From Paraglomus brasilianum (taxonomy: Eukaryota), in NCBI GenBank assembly GCA_910592345.1, contig CAJVPI010000278.1, forward strand, positions 1 to 36,973: a stretch of 36,973 nucleotides of DNA, in the 5' to 3' direction. The notes beneath the pieces are model-generated. The model made no database searches and was not told the DNA's origin. It was given only the letters and a program-made list of their open reading frames with translations. Position numbers and translations under genes: made by a program. Of the stretch, positions 1 to 11,728 are shown one piece after another; positions within the stretch are counted from its first letter, which is position 1; each line of letters opens with the position of its first letter.

Positions 1-114
1 GGTGGAAATAAAGTATTTGGGTGTGATGGGTGTGGACTTCAGATTAATAGAGATCCAAATGGCGCCCGGGGAATTTTTCTCCGGGCATTGCTTGATGGAG
101 CCTTAGTTCTGTAA
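1..114 (+). CDS. Fanzor2/TnpB-family RNA-guided endonuclease, C-terminal 37 aa only (partial)
   Basis: CxxC-G-xxx-NRDPNGARGIFLRAL motif; TAA at 112-114. Absent from the ORF track because the start lies outside the window. Confidence 0.85.
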   Translation, partial: GGNKVFGCDGCGLQINRDPNGARGIFLRALLDGALVL

Positions 115-183
115 CATAATTATGCCAATTGATTGATTATAGTTGACTATTTTTAGCTATAGTTGATCGATTCAATCCATCCG
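61..183 (+). ncRNA. Putative omegaRNA scaffold (3' part) of the Fanzor2 element, overlapping the ORF end
   Basis: Hairpin 64-86 (GCCCGGGGAA/TTCTCCGGGC). 20-bp stem 127-146/153-172 with six G-U pairs, so it folds well only on this strand. GATGGA (94-99) is complementary to TCCATC (176-181). The position between nuclease 3' end and element right end is where omegaRNAs are encoded. 5' start unknown. Confidence 0.65.
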
Positions 184-973
184 CTGAGAATATAATAACA
201 AGTGACTATATCCTTACCTCGTAGAATTATCAATGCTACTACAAACTAGGACATTTTTCCTTGCCGAGTGCCGACGCTTGCTTGTTCAATCAGAAAAGAT
301 TAACTAATATCTGTCATTTTCAGTATCTTTTCTTTCATTATTTGGTTCCAACGTAAAAGCAAAAACGTTGCGCTGTTTCGAACCATACTAAGTGGGCTGC
401 ACATAGAAACTGCCGATGATTCGACTCTGTATGCAAGTTAATGCTTGTGATATTTTGTAGGCTTGATGCTACCCTACTATGTCAATAAACCGCCAGCACT
501 TTGATAATGTAATAATTCGACGACCAGAACACACGTGTCCGTTATTACGTCGCAACAGTTAGGTGAATGGTCCATTCTGCCATACACAAACAAAAGAGTG
601 TCCCTGAGAAAATTCCATTGGACATCCCGAAATTAAAGTTCCCCAATTTTGGCAGAAGTCTCACAATATCATTCCACCAACCTGATTGGTGAGCATCGCA
701 TATATTTCACTTCACAAATTTAGTTGTGTTCCATGTTTGGATTATTATTAAAGAGACTATCCAAACTCTTAAACCACGCATAAGTCATACTTGTTTCAAA
801 TTTTATTGGTCGTTTCTAGCTTAACTCGCACATGTTTATACTTTGATTTGTTCCTGCTGAATTTTAGTGGCAAAGATCGTCAAATATCTGACATACTCAA
901 CTCTGAAAACTTGATATCTTTCATTTGTACCCATATTTCTTTCTCTAAACTTTTAAACAATAATCAATAAGCC

Positions 974-3073
974 ATGGCTCACGTAAGTCTTTCTATAACG
1001 CCTTGGGAGTCAATGAGAATATGGAACATACAATAGTTCTTATTTCACGCTAATATCCGTTCAATTCTTTTGTCCTTAGAGATTGGGAGGCCGTAGAAAA
1101 AATGTCAAAAAGGGATTTCAATTTACTCTTATGGTTGTTGGTAAGCAAGTACATCCATCTTTTGTAATCCGTGTGGTTGGAAGTTGTTCCTTTCGCTATG
1201 TGGCGTCCAGATGAGCAGACATGAACAACCAGCTGGTCACGAAACAACTGCTCATACTGTAGCAAGCACTTTTCGGCTGCTTTTTATCAACCAGGAGTTT
1301 TAGACCCGGTTTCGAGCCTAACAACTCATTGTTTATGCAGTCGTCTAATATGAATAAGTTGTCTAATTGTACATTATTATATGTTTAGGTGCGTCTGGGA
1401 CAGGCCGCACGACTTTCGTCAACACTTTGTGCGGGAGTGAGGTGCTACCCAAAAAAGTATGTGACAATCCCGAGAAAGCACATAACGAAGAAGGCATTCG
1501 CATCACACCAAAGACTGTTGGTAAGTTTGTGAATTTGTACAACTCTACGTCATGGCGTGTTGGGCTAACTTTTTATCGCAATTCGTAGAATTGGATGAGG
1601 ATGGAGTCAGAATTGCTTTAACCATTGTAGACACTCCCGGCTTTGGTGACAACATAGACAATGAATTTTGGTAAGCGGTTTTTGCTGAATTTCACAACAT
1701 TTGAAACCGAATGATCGCCCTCTTAACCTGCAATATCTATCGAAAGTTTTCAAGAGATTATGGGATATTTAGAGAGACAATACGATGATATCCTTGCTGA
1801 AGAGTCGCGCATTAAAAGAAACCCTCGTTTTAGAGATAATCGAGTGCATGCGCTTCTTTATTTCATTGCCCCAACAGGCCACTCGTAAGTGCATGGATAT
1901 ACCACTTGTATTAATTTAATTAGTCAATAATTTTTTATAGTGAGAATTAACTTTTGTCTTAAATAGCTTACGTGAGATCGACATCGAGCTAATGAAGCGC
2001 TTGAGCCCTCGTGTTAATGTTATTCCCGTTATTGGTAAAGCAGACACACTAACACCAAGCGAACTTCAAGAATTCAAGAAAAGGGTATGTTGAATCTTTG
2101 TATAACGAGTCTGCAAATCACCCATATTAAGTAATTCTATCGTTAAAAGATTATGGAAGATATCGATCATTACAAGATTCCGATATATAACTTTCCATAC
2201 GACGTGGAAGAAGATGATGAAGAGACCGTAGAGGAAAACAGTGAATTACGGGTATGAAACAGAGGCAGACTGTTCTTCATTGTGTTTATTTTTAGATCCG
2301 ATTAATAATAAATTTTTGTTGTAGGAACTTTTGCCGTTCGCTATTATTGGAAGCGACGAAGAAATTATGGTGAACGGAAGGGCCGTTCGAGGACGCCAGT
2401 ATCCTTGGGGTGTAGTCGAAGGTAAATTGGGCCGTTTATTTCTCGGACACCATCAACCTTCTGCTAAGCATACTATTTCTATCTTTAGTTGAAAATCCTC
2501 AACATTCCGACTTTGGCAAACTGCGATCTGCTCTTTTGAGGTATCTATTCTTTGGATTAAACTGTTAGTCGAAAAACGTCATCGCTTATCGCTAATTCTC
2601 TGCCTATCTATCAGTTCTCACCTGCAAGACTTGAAGGAAATTACCCACGACTTCTTATATGAGAATTATCGTACTGAGAAGCTTAGCCGAAGTGTTGATC
2701 ACGCTACCGAGTAAGCTATTATGCATATTCAGCAAATAATGTCAGTTTCTGGAGACAGTACTCACACATTTTATTTTATGCAGAGATAATAGCATTTTAC
2801 CAGAGGATTTGGCCACCCAAAGCGTGCGATTGAAGGAAGAGCAACTGAAGAGAGAAGAAGAGAAGGTAAGATACTCTTTGTTTATTAACAAAATTTGACA
2901 GTGATTTTTTAAACGTCTTCTTATAATCTTGACATTATAAACAGCTGAGAGAAATTGAACTGAAGGTTCAGAGAGAAATTACTGAAAAGAGACAAGAACT
3001 GTTGGCAAAGGAAGAAGCTTTGAGAAGTCTGGAAGCTCGATTGGCACAAGCCCAAGAAGCTAATTCTAGTTAA
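974..3073 (+). CDS. CDC11: Septin, Cdc11/AspA group (multi-exon)
   Basis: Spliced reading [38 protein letters not shown]...IVDTPGFGD...[22 protein letters not shown]...VIGKADTLT...GRQYPWG...[10 protein letters not shown], then a C-terminal coiled coil. GT-AG introns; TAA at 3071-3073. The [16 protein letters not shown]-loop variant is typical of Cdc11/AspA. Confidence 0.92.
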
Positions 3074-3900
3074 CTTAATTTTTTTAGTAACTATATTTGT
3101 TAACCCAATTATTTATAAACGAAATTAATAATTTGGCCGCAACGCTTTTGGTTAATTTATTCAGTTTTTGACTAATATCAGTTGGTCTAGCAATATCGAA
3201 GTATTGACGACCGGGTCACATTTTCGTAGAACGTATTTAGAGCTTAATAAATAGACACATCTATCTTGATATTAACAATAGTCGTAATATTTTATTTAAT
3301 ATTGGAATGAATGGTTAGAATGACTAAGTAAAAATTCAACTTGCATGTTTTTCGCATGCTAATGTTGATTTCGGATAGCTAAGACAATGAAAATGGCACA
3401 GCGAGTGAGGAAAAAATATGTGCAAATAGAGGCCGACTTTTGTTATCGGACGGAATTTATATAGCTAGTGTACGAACTTATGCCACAAATTTGTCGTATC
3501 CTAGCCATATACATAGTAATAGTCATAAATAATAACAGATATTCCTGCGTTATTTCAACAAGCGTTATCAGAACGTCCTTGCTGAAAGGGTAATAATCAT
3601 GGCACATATCGTTCATAGGTTAACATCTCAGCTTAATACAGTTTACTTATCAGTGATACTTCGACCTTTCTTTAGTAACCCATAACAGCAGGAATATGCT
3701 AAACGCAGATCACGAAATTTAATTTTACATATCGTACTCTATCAGGACTTATAACATCAGTGCCTTAATTGACGCAATTATCGTGATCCCCATTTGCGAA
3801 CCACAAGCAAAACCTGATCTTAAGTTAGATAAAGTCACTATCGAGTAGGTAATGGAAAACGATTGTCTAGCGATACGAAGATATTAGTATCGCTACGTAC

Positions 3901-6900
3901 TTAGACGTGACCATATACTTGCTTAAATTGATCTAATGACATTATTTCGAGCTAGAAATACGTAATTAAGGTTTTTATCAGTTACGTTTTCCACATAAGC
4001 GAACATTAGACTTTATGATACTCACCCCTAACTTTTCAAAAACTCCGTTTTTCTGAACGTCAAGTATAATAAAATGTCGAAACTCGTAATGATAAAATAA
4101 ATGCATTCGCATCATTGACCAGTGTAAAATTTCAGATGGATTACAATGAATTATTGGCTATATCAAATAGTTGAACAAAACAATATCAATACAACAATTC
4201 TTTGTCAAAACAAATACTTGGAGTAATATTTACCTCCCAAACCTCATTCGGTGCGAATACTTCAACTCTCTTACTGTTTATAGCATTTTGTAATTTGGTG
4301 AGTGCATCCTGAATCCTACATATAATACAAGATGTCAAATAATTAGTGCCATGTAATATATTTGAAAAAATAATGTTTCCGACTGATATGTTCACAATAT
4401 TCTAATAACTTCGAGAAAATCTGTCATGTTCCAATTGTACACTCAGACGATCGACCAGTTGATGCCTTATTCATTCATCAGATTGGTCTTTCATCTAGGA
4501 AGAACCCATTCTCAGTCAAACATCCGTTGATCGAGGAGAGCCTTGGAAACACATTTTCGACAATCTCGATGTTATTAAATCGCCCGCGAATGTCGGTAAC
4601 CGGCAAATGAAAGTTCGGATAGCCCTTCGCGAACGACCCAATAACATTACTCAAAGCAATTCACGATTTAATCTCAAGAGTTTAACCAACCTGTTCCGAC
4701 TGTGGACATCCGAAACATTATCGATTATCTCTCGAAGATGTCTGAATGTGTCGGAATGGATTTTAAACAACCATAAAGCGGTCGGTGACGTTTTTTTCTG
4801 GTGATTTATATGTCCTAGAACTGTATCGATAACTCCATCCTCCATACACAGTATCTGCGAGGATACGGTTATGATGCCACCTAAGAATTTTATCATTAGC
4901 AAATCATAAATAATACAAGCAAATATCTCGACTGCATTACTTGTAACTAATATACACCTGCACGATAGACTTCTTTCGGAATGGGTGATGCCCAAGGATC
5001 TTCTCCATAGCCAAACAAATATATTCTGACCTTATTCCGCTTCAATTTATCTAAGTGCGGTATGGTCATCATTTGCCGCACAAAAATGCGGTGAATCTGC
5101 AAATAATCTGTTAGACGTTTGTTATGTTAACTGCGACGCGGATATAGCACAATACTCACCAGTACAATTGATACGTCATGGCAGTTGTTCCAATGTTCGT
5201 ATGTCCCACCTAATGTTTTCAAATACGCAATCATATCATCTGTCTCATACTGCACTGCTGAAGGAGCGACTATAGTGAAAGTCGCATTCGCAAATTGCGA
5301 ATTAAACTCTTTGGGAAACTGCAATCCCAGTGACATTAATGTTCCGTTATATTGATCAGCGTCTTTCAAATCTCTTCTTGTCAAAAGTTCAGCACTATCT
5401 ATCATGATGCTATATTCTAGCCTTTCTGGCAAGGACCTTAACGATAAAGACATTATGATAAAAGGTGCCGACGGCTCTGCTATTCGGAAGGACTTGCGAA
5501 CTTCACTAGATGATGGACATAAAAATACAACGATCCACGGCCTAAACCATATTATACTCGCCTATTAAAGTTGTAATTATAACTTATTAATCCCGGTTCT
5601 TTCCCTCATATAAAGCACGACTTTTTGTCACTCACTTGTCCGCGGTATTCGAGTTCAGTGGCCATGTCTTCAAGACTGGTAGATGCATCGTCTGTAGACC
5701 ACATCATAGATGGTGATTCCGTTATTTTGTTGTCGTCTTCATGCGATTTGTATAATGCTAGAAGATACTTCAGGGGTATTAATGATGTCACTGTCAACTG
5801 TCGCTTCGTCTGTAGGATTTCACTGAAACAATTGTAATACGAATAAGTATGTATATAACGACAAATCAGCACAAAACAAAAAGACATAAAACATACAAAA
5901 GCTTACTGTCTGCGCGGTTATCGCCATCAAGTGACGTAACCATAACATTTGCTACAAACTGTTCGTTCACGCGCTTCGATAAAACACCTTGCCAAGTATA
6001 CCTCGATAACAATGAACCAATGACGAATGATTGTGAGATCAAATAAACACATTACGGGCTTGTTTGACGACTGGAGTGACATGTACCTTGAATGTTCACC
6101 AGTTGATAGCTGTGGAGACCTTGTATTAAAAAGCTTTGCGTCTATTCTCTCAGGTATCAAAATTGCACTTGATGTCATATCCGACGCTCGATGTGAATTG
6201 CTCGAATTAGTCTTGTCATTATTAACTTCGTAATTAGTTCCAAGATGTGACGTCGAAAATGAGAGAGTAGTAGAGTGTAATATGTGTTCATTTGACGAAG
6301 TAGTATCATTGGCAGATGGTAGTTTATATTTCTTGTTTATAACCAAATCGGATTCCTTCTCTGGTCGGGTTTCTGAGACGCAATAAATATATAGGATGTT
6401 CATTGTATTTATATCAATATACGTTCAATTATTGAGCGTAAGAGATACTCACCCAAGATAGGACGCTTTCGAGTGCCAGCCTTGACTAGTTCCTATATGT
6501 AAATTCACAGCTTTTAATCACAACACAGGAATTAGGGCATATTGTATATAACCTCGAAGCTTACTGTTGGTGCAAGTGCACTGTCCGAGACTCCCACTGG
6601 TTTGTAACTACGCGATTTTGTAAAAAACTCTTGCCGAGCCATTTCTTGGTCCTCTCGACTCTTCATACTTATATTATGGAAGCTCGTCCCTTCTTCTTTG
6701 ATTAGTAGGTTGCCCCCGTCGTCTTGTATATTATTTGCAGACTGATTAAATTCCTCGATTTTATGATTCCAAGCTTGTAAAACTCTCTCCGGAGCCCACT
6801 CATAAACGAGGTTGTTTGACCACTTGACCAAGTATTCCTTTCCTATTCCTCGTGAGATTCGAACGTCTTTTATATATTCAACTTGACGTGAGCCAGAACC

Positions 6901-6906
6901 TGACAT
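3901..6906 (-). CDS. Chromodomain protein, Chp1-like architecture (multi-exon)
   Basis: N-terminal chromo-like domain QVEYIKDVR...KEYLVKWSNN..YEWAPERVL. Downstream spliced exons include IPHLDKLKRNKVRIYLFG, GGIITVSSQIL and HYEFRHFIILD, resembling the C-terminal region of fungal Chp1-like proteins. Last exon LEIMSLDQFKQVYGHV* with stop at 3901-3903. Internal exon boundaries are approximate. Confidence 0.7.
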
Positions 6907-8145
6907 GGTCTCTTAGATATCAGTTAAGTTAGAGAGGTTAAGAGGTTATTAATCGCGCCGGCTACCTTATCTATCATCAGTAGTACAGACTGCCATTGTT
7001 AATTTAATTTACTCAAACACATTAACATTATCAGCTTGCTTCCATCCGTAGTTCTGTTTTTCCTTGCCCCATATTGTCGAATACTCTCCCAATGCCATCA
7101 GGTCTTTATCTCCCAATACGTGCTTGTGATTTCATAAACTGTTGCATACCCATATCTAATCGCTCGTATACTAAAATCAAAAAATTTGCTATTCATCAGT
7201 ATTATACTATACTTAGTGTAGTTTCAAGGATTAAGTCTGGACTAACAAGGCCATCATCTCATTGAGCGTATTTCGTGACTCTTGAACAGTACGCGCCAAG
7301 ATCCGGAACCTTGCTTTTTGTCATAGACTAAAATACTCATATGAGCACTTTGCAGCCCGATCGGTTTATGAAAATTTGTGGACGGCGAATTTAGATACCA
7401 ACACACCAAGAGCGTGTTAGCCTTATTGCAACCCTGTTTAGTTATTTCGCATCTTGATATTTAATGTTATGTTAAACACTCGTTGCTTGAAATTTGTAAT
7501 CGTCATGTGTATAGTATTATGACAATACGGACCTAATTCTCGTCCTTCATTAATATCATTACTAATTCACTATGCACAGCAAAACCTTCTCTACAGTCTT
7601 AACAGCAAAAAGTGGCTCGAAACCAGTCCTGATTAATATATTGCTCATTAAGGCGTCAAGACTTTGTAGAATTCTACTCATAATGCGTTATTCGAATCAT
7701 GACAATCATCACATAGACCATCTTTAATATTAAGACCTACTTGGATAATATATACTGTATAACCGTTGCGTTCCCTAATATTAACAAGCATTCGACAGTT
7801 TTGAGAATTAAATTGGTCTATTAAATTCGGAAGTTGGGGTGTTATCAACAACTTTCTAAATAAAGTAATACGGTACTTAACTCTCCAATCGGCAGTGTTA
7901 ATTAACGGTAGCATATATTAATATAATAAGACTATTAAGATACAAAAAAAAAACCGGAATTTTTGCTGTAACATTCAATCGTGCATATCTGCACCAATTT
8001 TAGGTCGATTTAAACAATGTACATTGTAAAATGATTGTCAGATAAAAATTTTATATTTATTCATTTTGAACTGTCAATTTATAGGTTTGCACTAATCTAT
8101 TTCTTAAATTCCTTCAACATTCCTAAAACTTCATCAATTAGAACT

Positions 8146-8765
8146 ATGACTTCCAGACAAGAGACAAATCGCCAAGCTATACAACAATTGTGGGATCAAG
8201 GCATTCGGGACGGTGTGGAGATTCATAAACGCAAGGTTATCCCACAGTATGGTTTATGAACAACCTGGAACGTTAACCCTAACCCTAAAGGGTCCAACAA
8301 AGCTCTTTGCTAGATAAGATGATTTTATACTGTTTTCCCGAAATAATGGTCAAGAATTTTATGTAGACATACTCCGAAGATAGCTTGATGACTTGTTAGG
8401 AGACGAATGGCGTTTTCAACAAGACAGCGACCCAGAACATACTATTCGCCTCGCAAAAACTTTCTTCTAACAGAACCTGACCTAAATCCAATAGAGAATC
8501 TCTGGAGTATTGTTGAAAGAAATGTAGAAAAGAAAATGCTTGCTTTCCACTATTACAAAAAAGACAAAAGCTTGGTTTTTTTTCATAACAAACGTGTAAA
8601 TGCTATGAGCGATTTGCGGCGTTTTACGGTCAATGAGTGGGATGATATTCCTAATTGGGTTAGTACGATCAATGAAACTTGTCATAGAAAGTAACGGTGA
8701 AAAATTTTTTTAATAAAATCTGCTGGTTTTCAGTTCTTGCGTAATGATTTCTTTGTCCCACACTG
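8146..8765 (+). mobile_element. Degraded Tc1/mariner transposon relic (DDE_3 transposase pseudogene)
   Basis: Fragments MTSRQETNRQAIQQLWDQG... and PDLNPIENLWSIVERNVEKK...DLRRFTVNEWDDIP (SPDLNPIEN motif), broken by stops and deletions. A CAGTGTG-type terminus lies on the reverse strand at ~8759-8765. Confidence 0.8.
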
Positions 8766-10042
8766 ATATTATCTGCCAGCTGGAAAGTTGGTATATCTAA
8801 GACCTGCTGACACATTGTGGGAGTTCATATATTAATAATATAAATTTCATGAGATTTGAATGTGAATATAAGCGAAAACATTCTTTGACTCAATTATGTG
8901 TGGAAAAAAATGAACAATTTCTGATTTAGGCGATGTCCTTCAGAAGGAAATGCCTCTTGATATCTACTGAACAATTCCTATTTCTGTCATTAAGTTTATG
9001 CTTTTTGACTAATGGAATAAACTGATTATATTGATGTTTAATATTAAGGATAAAAAATTACCGTAGTATCTGAAAGATTCATGTAACAGGAAAAAAAATA
9101 ATCTATATTATAATATTAATATCATTTCGTAAGAGTATATGTTACACGTGTGTGATATGTTGTGTCGATCATATCTGTATATAGTTATCTGTCTGACACG
9201 TGAGTACTGTACCTTTGTTGTTACGTAATGGTTTAAGCCACATTCATTGAAAGTCTCGTCGTATTATGAAACAACTTGAAGAAGTTGGCAATGACTGATA
9301 TCAATGCTGCAATGTTCACAGTTATTAATGGCGCATATTAATATCAAATACATATTATTCACAGCACATATCACATGAATATAAAAAATTGACCATTTAA
9401 TTTGCATATATTTAATTTTTTTTTCATACAAATATTCATAAAACTATACCATAACATTTCTATTATAGAGAGTATGACTCTACCTCCCGCATACTTAACA
9501 ACGGCGTAACATTTATACTTTATTGAATTTATACCAACAATTCTTCCTGTGTTGGATTCTTGAACTATGGCAGCGTATCATAAATTTATGTCGTTCAAAC
9601 TATGAGAAAAGGTAAGGAAGGAAATATAAGATATTTACATATCATGCGGGATATAAACATAAAGGAAACGCGAAGTAAGCAATCGTTAATCTATATACAC
9701 GGCTCACCTGACCTCATTTTGGTACAATATACAAGACATCTCCTTAATTATATACGCATGATGATATAGGATAGGGGAGAGCATGTTTGGTGAATAGTTA
9801 AACATCGCCCATCTGAAATGGATTATATTTTGCATATCTATAGAGCATTGCTTTTAGATCTGTATGATTATTCAACCTCCGATCATCCAACGCGGAAGCG
9901 GGAAGCTTTGGAAAAGGTTGTTAATTGAAATAAAGGAGAAAGCGACATATTCGAAAATTTCGTGAATCACATCAACCATCAATTAACATCGCGTCGTTTA
10001 AGGCACATTGTCACTGTGCATTGATGACAATTAACTACACTT

Positions 10043-11728
10043 CTATTGGGCACTGTTCGTCTTATTCTCATCCGCCAATCCGTCTGCATGCGGTAAATTC
10101 TTTGCCGCAGCAGCATTATTACAGCCCTTAACTAAAATGTGTCTCTTCAACGCGTCCTTGCGGCTGAACTGTTTCTCGCAATGAGTACAAGGATAGGGTT
10201 TTACAGCAAGATGAATCCTTTTGTGGCGCTTCAGATCATGGTTACGATTAAAGCCTATATACAGGAGGTTGAGGTTAGCATATCTGTTCTGTTTACAAAA
10301 TAATCCGCTCACTTTCCCCGGGCAATCGATTGTCGGTCCGGTACTCATGCACGAATTGGACACAGAACACGTGAACTTTATAAACAAATCGATGTAACAC
10401 TTACTTTGTGGACATTCATCACATTTGAATGGTCGGTCATAGAGAGGCAGACGAGAATGATAGCTCTTGGGCGGACCACTGTAAGAGAACATTGGCCGTG
10501 GAGCCATAGTTGCGAAAGGAGCAGTCGAATTGACAGGCGTGACCATTGCTCGAGGAATAGTAAGAGTGGCAGTGGCTGCCTTATTCCATGTAGAATTGAG
10601 ATGAGGGTGCATAACAGTGTTTGCTGCACCAAAAGCTGGAGAGATCGTGGAAGATATTGTTGCAGATTGCATTCGAAATGTTGGTGTTTGTCTGAGAAAC
10701 ATTGAATCAGTGTCCGGTTGCTGAATGTAGCCATGTACGGATGGCATAGAGGAGGTATCCGATTGCGATGTCTGTGATTTTGATTGATGTAAATTTGATA
10801 AAGGAGCTTTATGATGTTGGTGGTGTTGGTGAGGAAGAGAGAGAGGTGGGTGATGATGATGGTGATGATGACGGTGATGATGGTTGTTATTATTACGATC
10901 AGACAAGGGCACAGAATAAGACGCCCTCTGATTCAGAAAACTCGGATTGAAATTGGTAGCGGGGGGCAAGTCGTTTATTGTGATCATCTGTTGAGATGAT
11001 GCCGAAGGGACAGAGACGTCTGTAGGATTCATAAATCTGTGTTGAGAAACTGGGCCTTGTTGAAGCAGGGCTGACTGTTGATGGTAAGCGGGTGCAGCAG
11101 TGGCAATATATCTTGATGATTGTATATTTATTGGAGAAGGTTGAGTATTACTTAGAACCGCATTATTTGGGGCTGACGTCAGCGCGGTTGTAGGGAAATA
11201 AGGTGATTGAGGAGAAACCGGAGATGCGCTTGGACTTGGAGTGACGCCAAAGCAGTGCCCGGGTGGCTCTATAAAGGAGGACGTTGTTAAAGGTATGATT
11301 GAAGAAGACTGAGTCGGGTCTGATTGATGTGTCATTTGGGAATAGTTCTGTCGCGTGTTTTTAGTAATGGTTGCGTTGCCGACAATTTCCGTTTTCGGTT
11401 GAATGTGCTCCTGTTCTACTGACTGTTGTAGAGTTGGCAATAAAGGAGATGAAGAAGGGGTAACAGAAGAGTCGGTGGTGGTTGGAGAGAGGAGAGGAGG
11501 TAAGAGTGTGGATTGAAAGTCGATATAGTTGACAGAGGATGGCTGTGGTTGTCGTGGTAAGTCGTCGTAATAACAATCGTAGTTGCTGTACGAGTTGTAA
11601 TGATCAAGTTGAGCAGAGAAAGTGGCAATAGACGGAGGAGTCTGAGAGAGATGATTTTGAATAGAGACGTGATTGCGTAGACAGTCAATACGTTGGTCAA
11701 AGCTTATAGAAGGGGCGACATCAATCAT
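10043..11728 (-). CDS. C2H2 zinc-finger transcription factor (two C-terminal fingers, one intron at 10255-10404)
   Basis: Long S/P/Q/H-rich low-complexity region. After removing GTAAGT...ATATAG (10404-10255) it reads RPFKCDECPQSFNRNHDLKRHKRIHLAVKPYPCTHCEKQFSRKDALKRHILVKGC. Confidence 0.92.
   Translation of the reverse strand: MIDVAPSISFDQRIDCLRNHVSIQNHLSQTPPSIATFSAQLDHYNSYSNYDCYYDDLPRQPQPSSVNYIDFQSTLLPPLLSPTTTDSSVTPSSSPLLPTLQQSVEQEHIQPKTEIVGNATITKNTRQNYSQMTHQSDPTQSSSIIPLTTSSFIEPPGHCFGVTPSPSASPVSPQSPYFPTTALTSAPNNAVLSNTQPSPINIQSSRYIATAAPAYHQQSALLQQGPVSQHRFMNPTDVSVPSASSQQMITINDLPPATNFNPSFLNQRASYSVPLSDRNNNNHHHRHHHHHHHPPLSLPHQHHQHHKAPLSNLHQSKSQTSQSDTSSMPSVHGYIQQPDTDSMFLRQTPTFRMQSATISSTISPAFGAANTVMHPHLNSTWNKAATATLTIPRAMVTPVNSTAPFATMAPRPMFSYSGPPKSYHSRLPLYDRPFKCDECPQSKCYIDLFIKFTCSVSNSCMSTGPTIDCPGKVSGLFCKQNRYANLNLLYIGFNRNHDLKRHKRIHLAVKPYPCTHCEKQFSRKDALKRHILVKGCNNAAAAKNLPHADGLADENKTNSAQ

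Larger units (their letters stand above)
1..183 (+). mobile_element. 3' end (right end) of an IS607-like TnpB/Fanzor2 element, truncated by the window start
   Basis: Frame 1 (1-114) reads GGNKVFGCDGCGLQINRDPNGARGIFLRALLDGALVL*, i.e. the second CxxC of the zinc ribbon plus the RuvC-III motif RDxNGA of TnpB/Fanzor. Identity with the copy at the other window end stops abruptly after ...TTCAATCCATCCG (183), which defines the element boundary. Confidence 0.88.

Noticed and set aside
10378..11700. Several overlapping short ORFs in other frames
   Set aside because: Shadows of the low-complexity zinc-finger gene.
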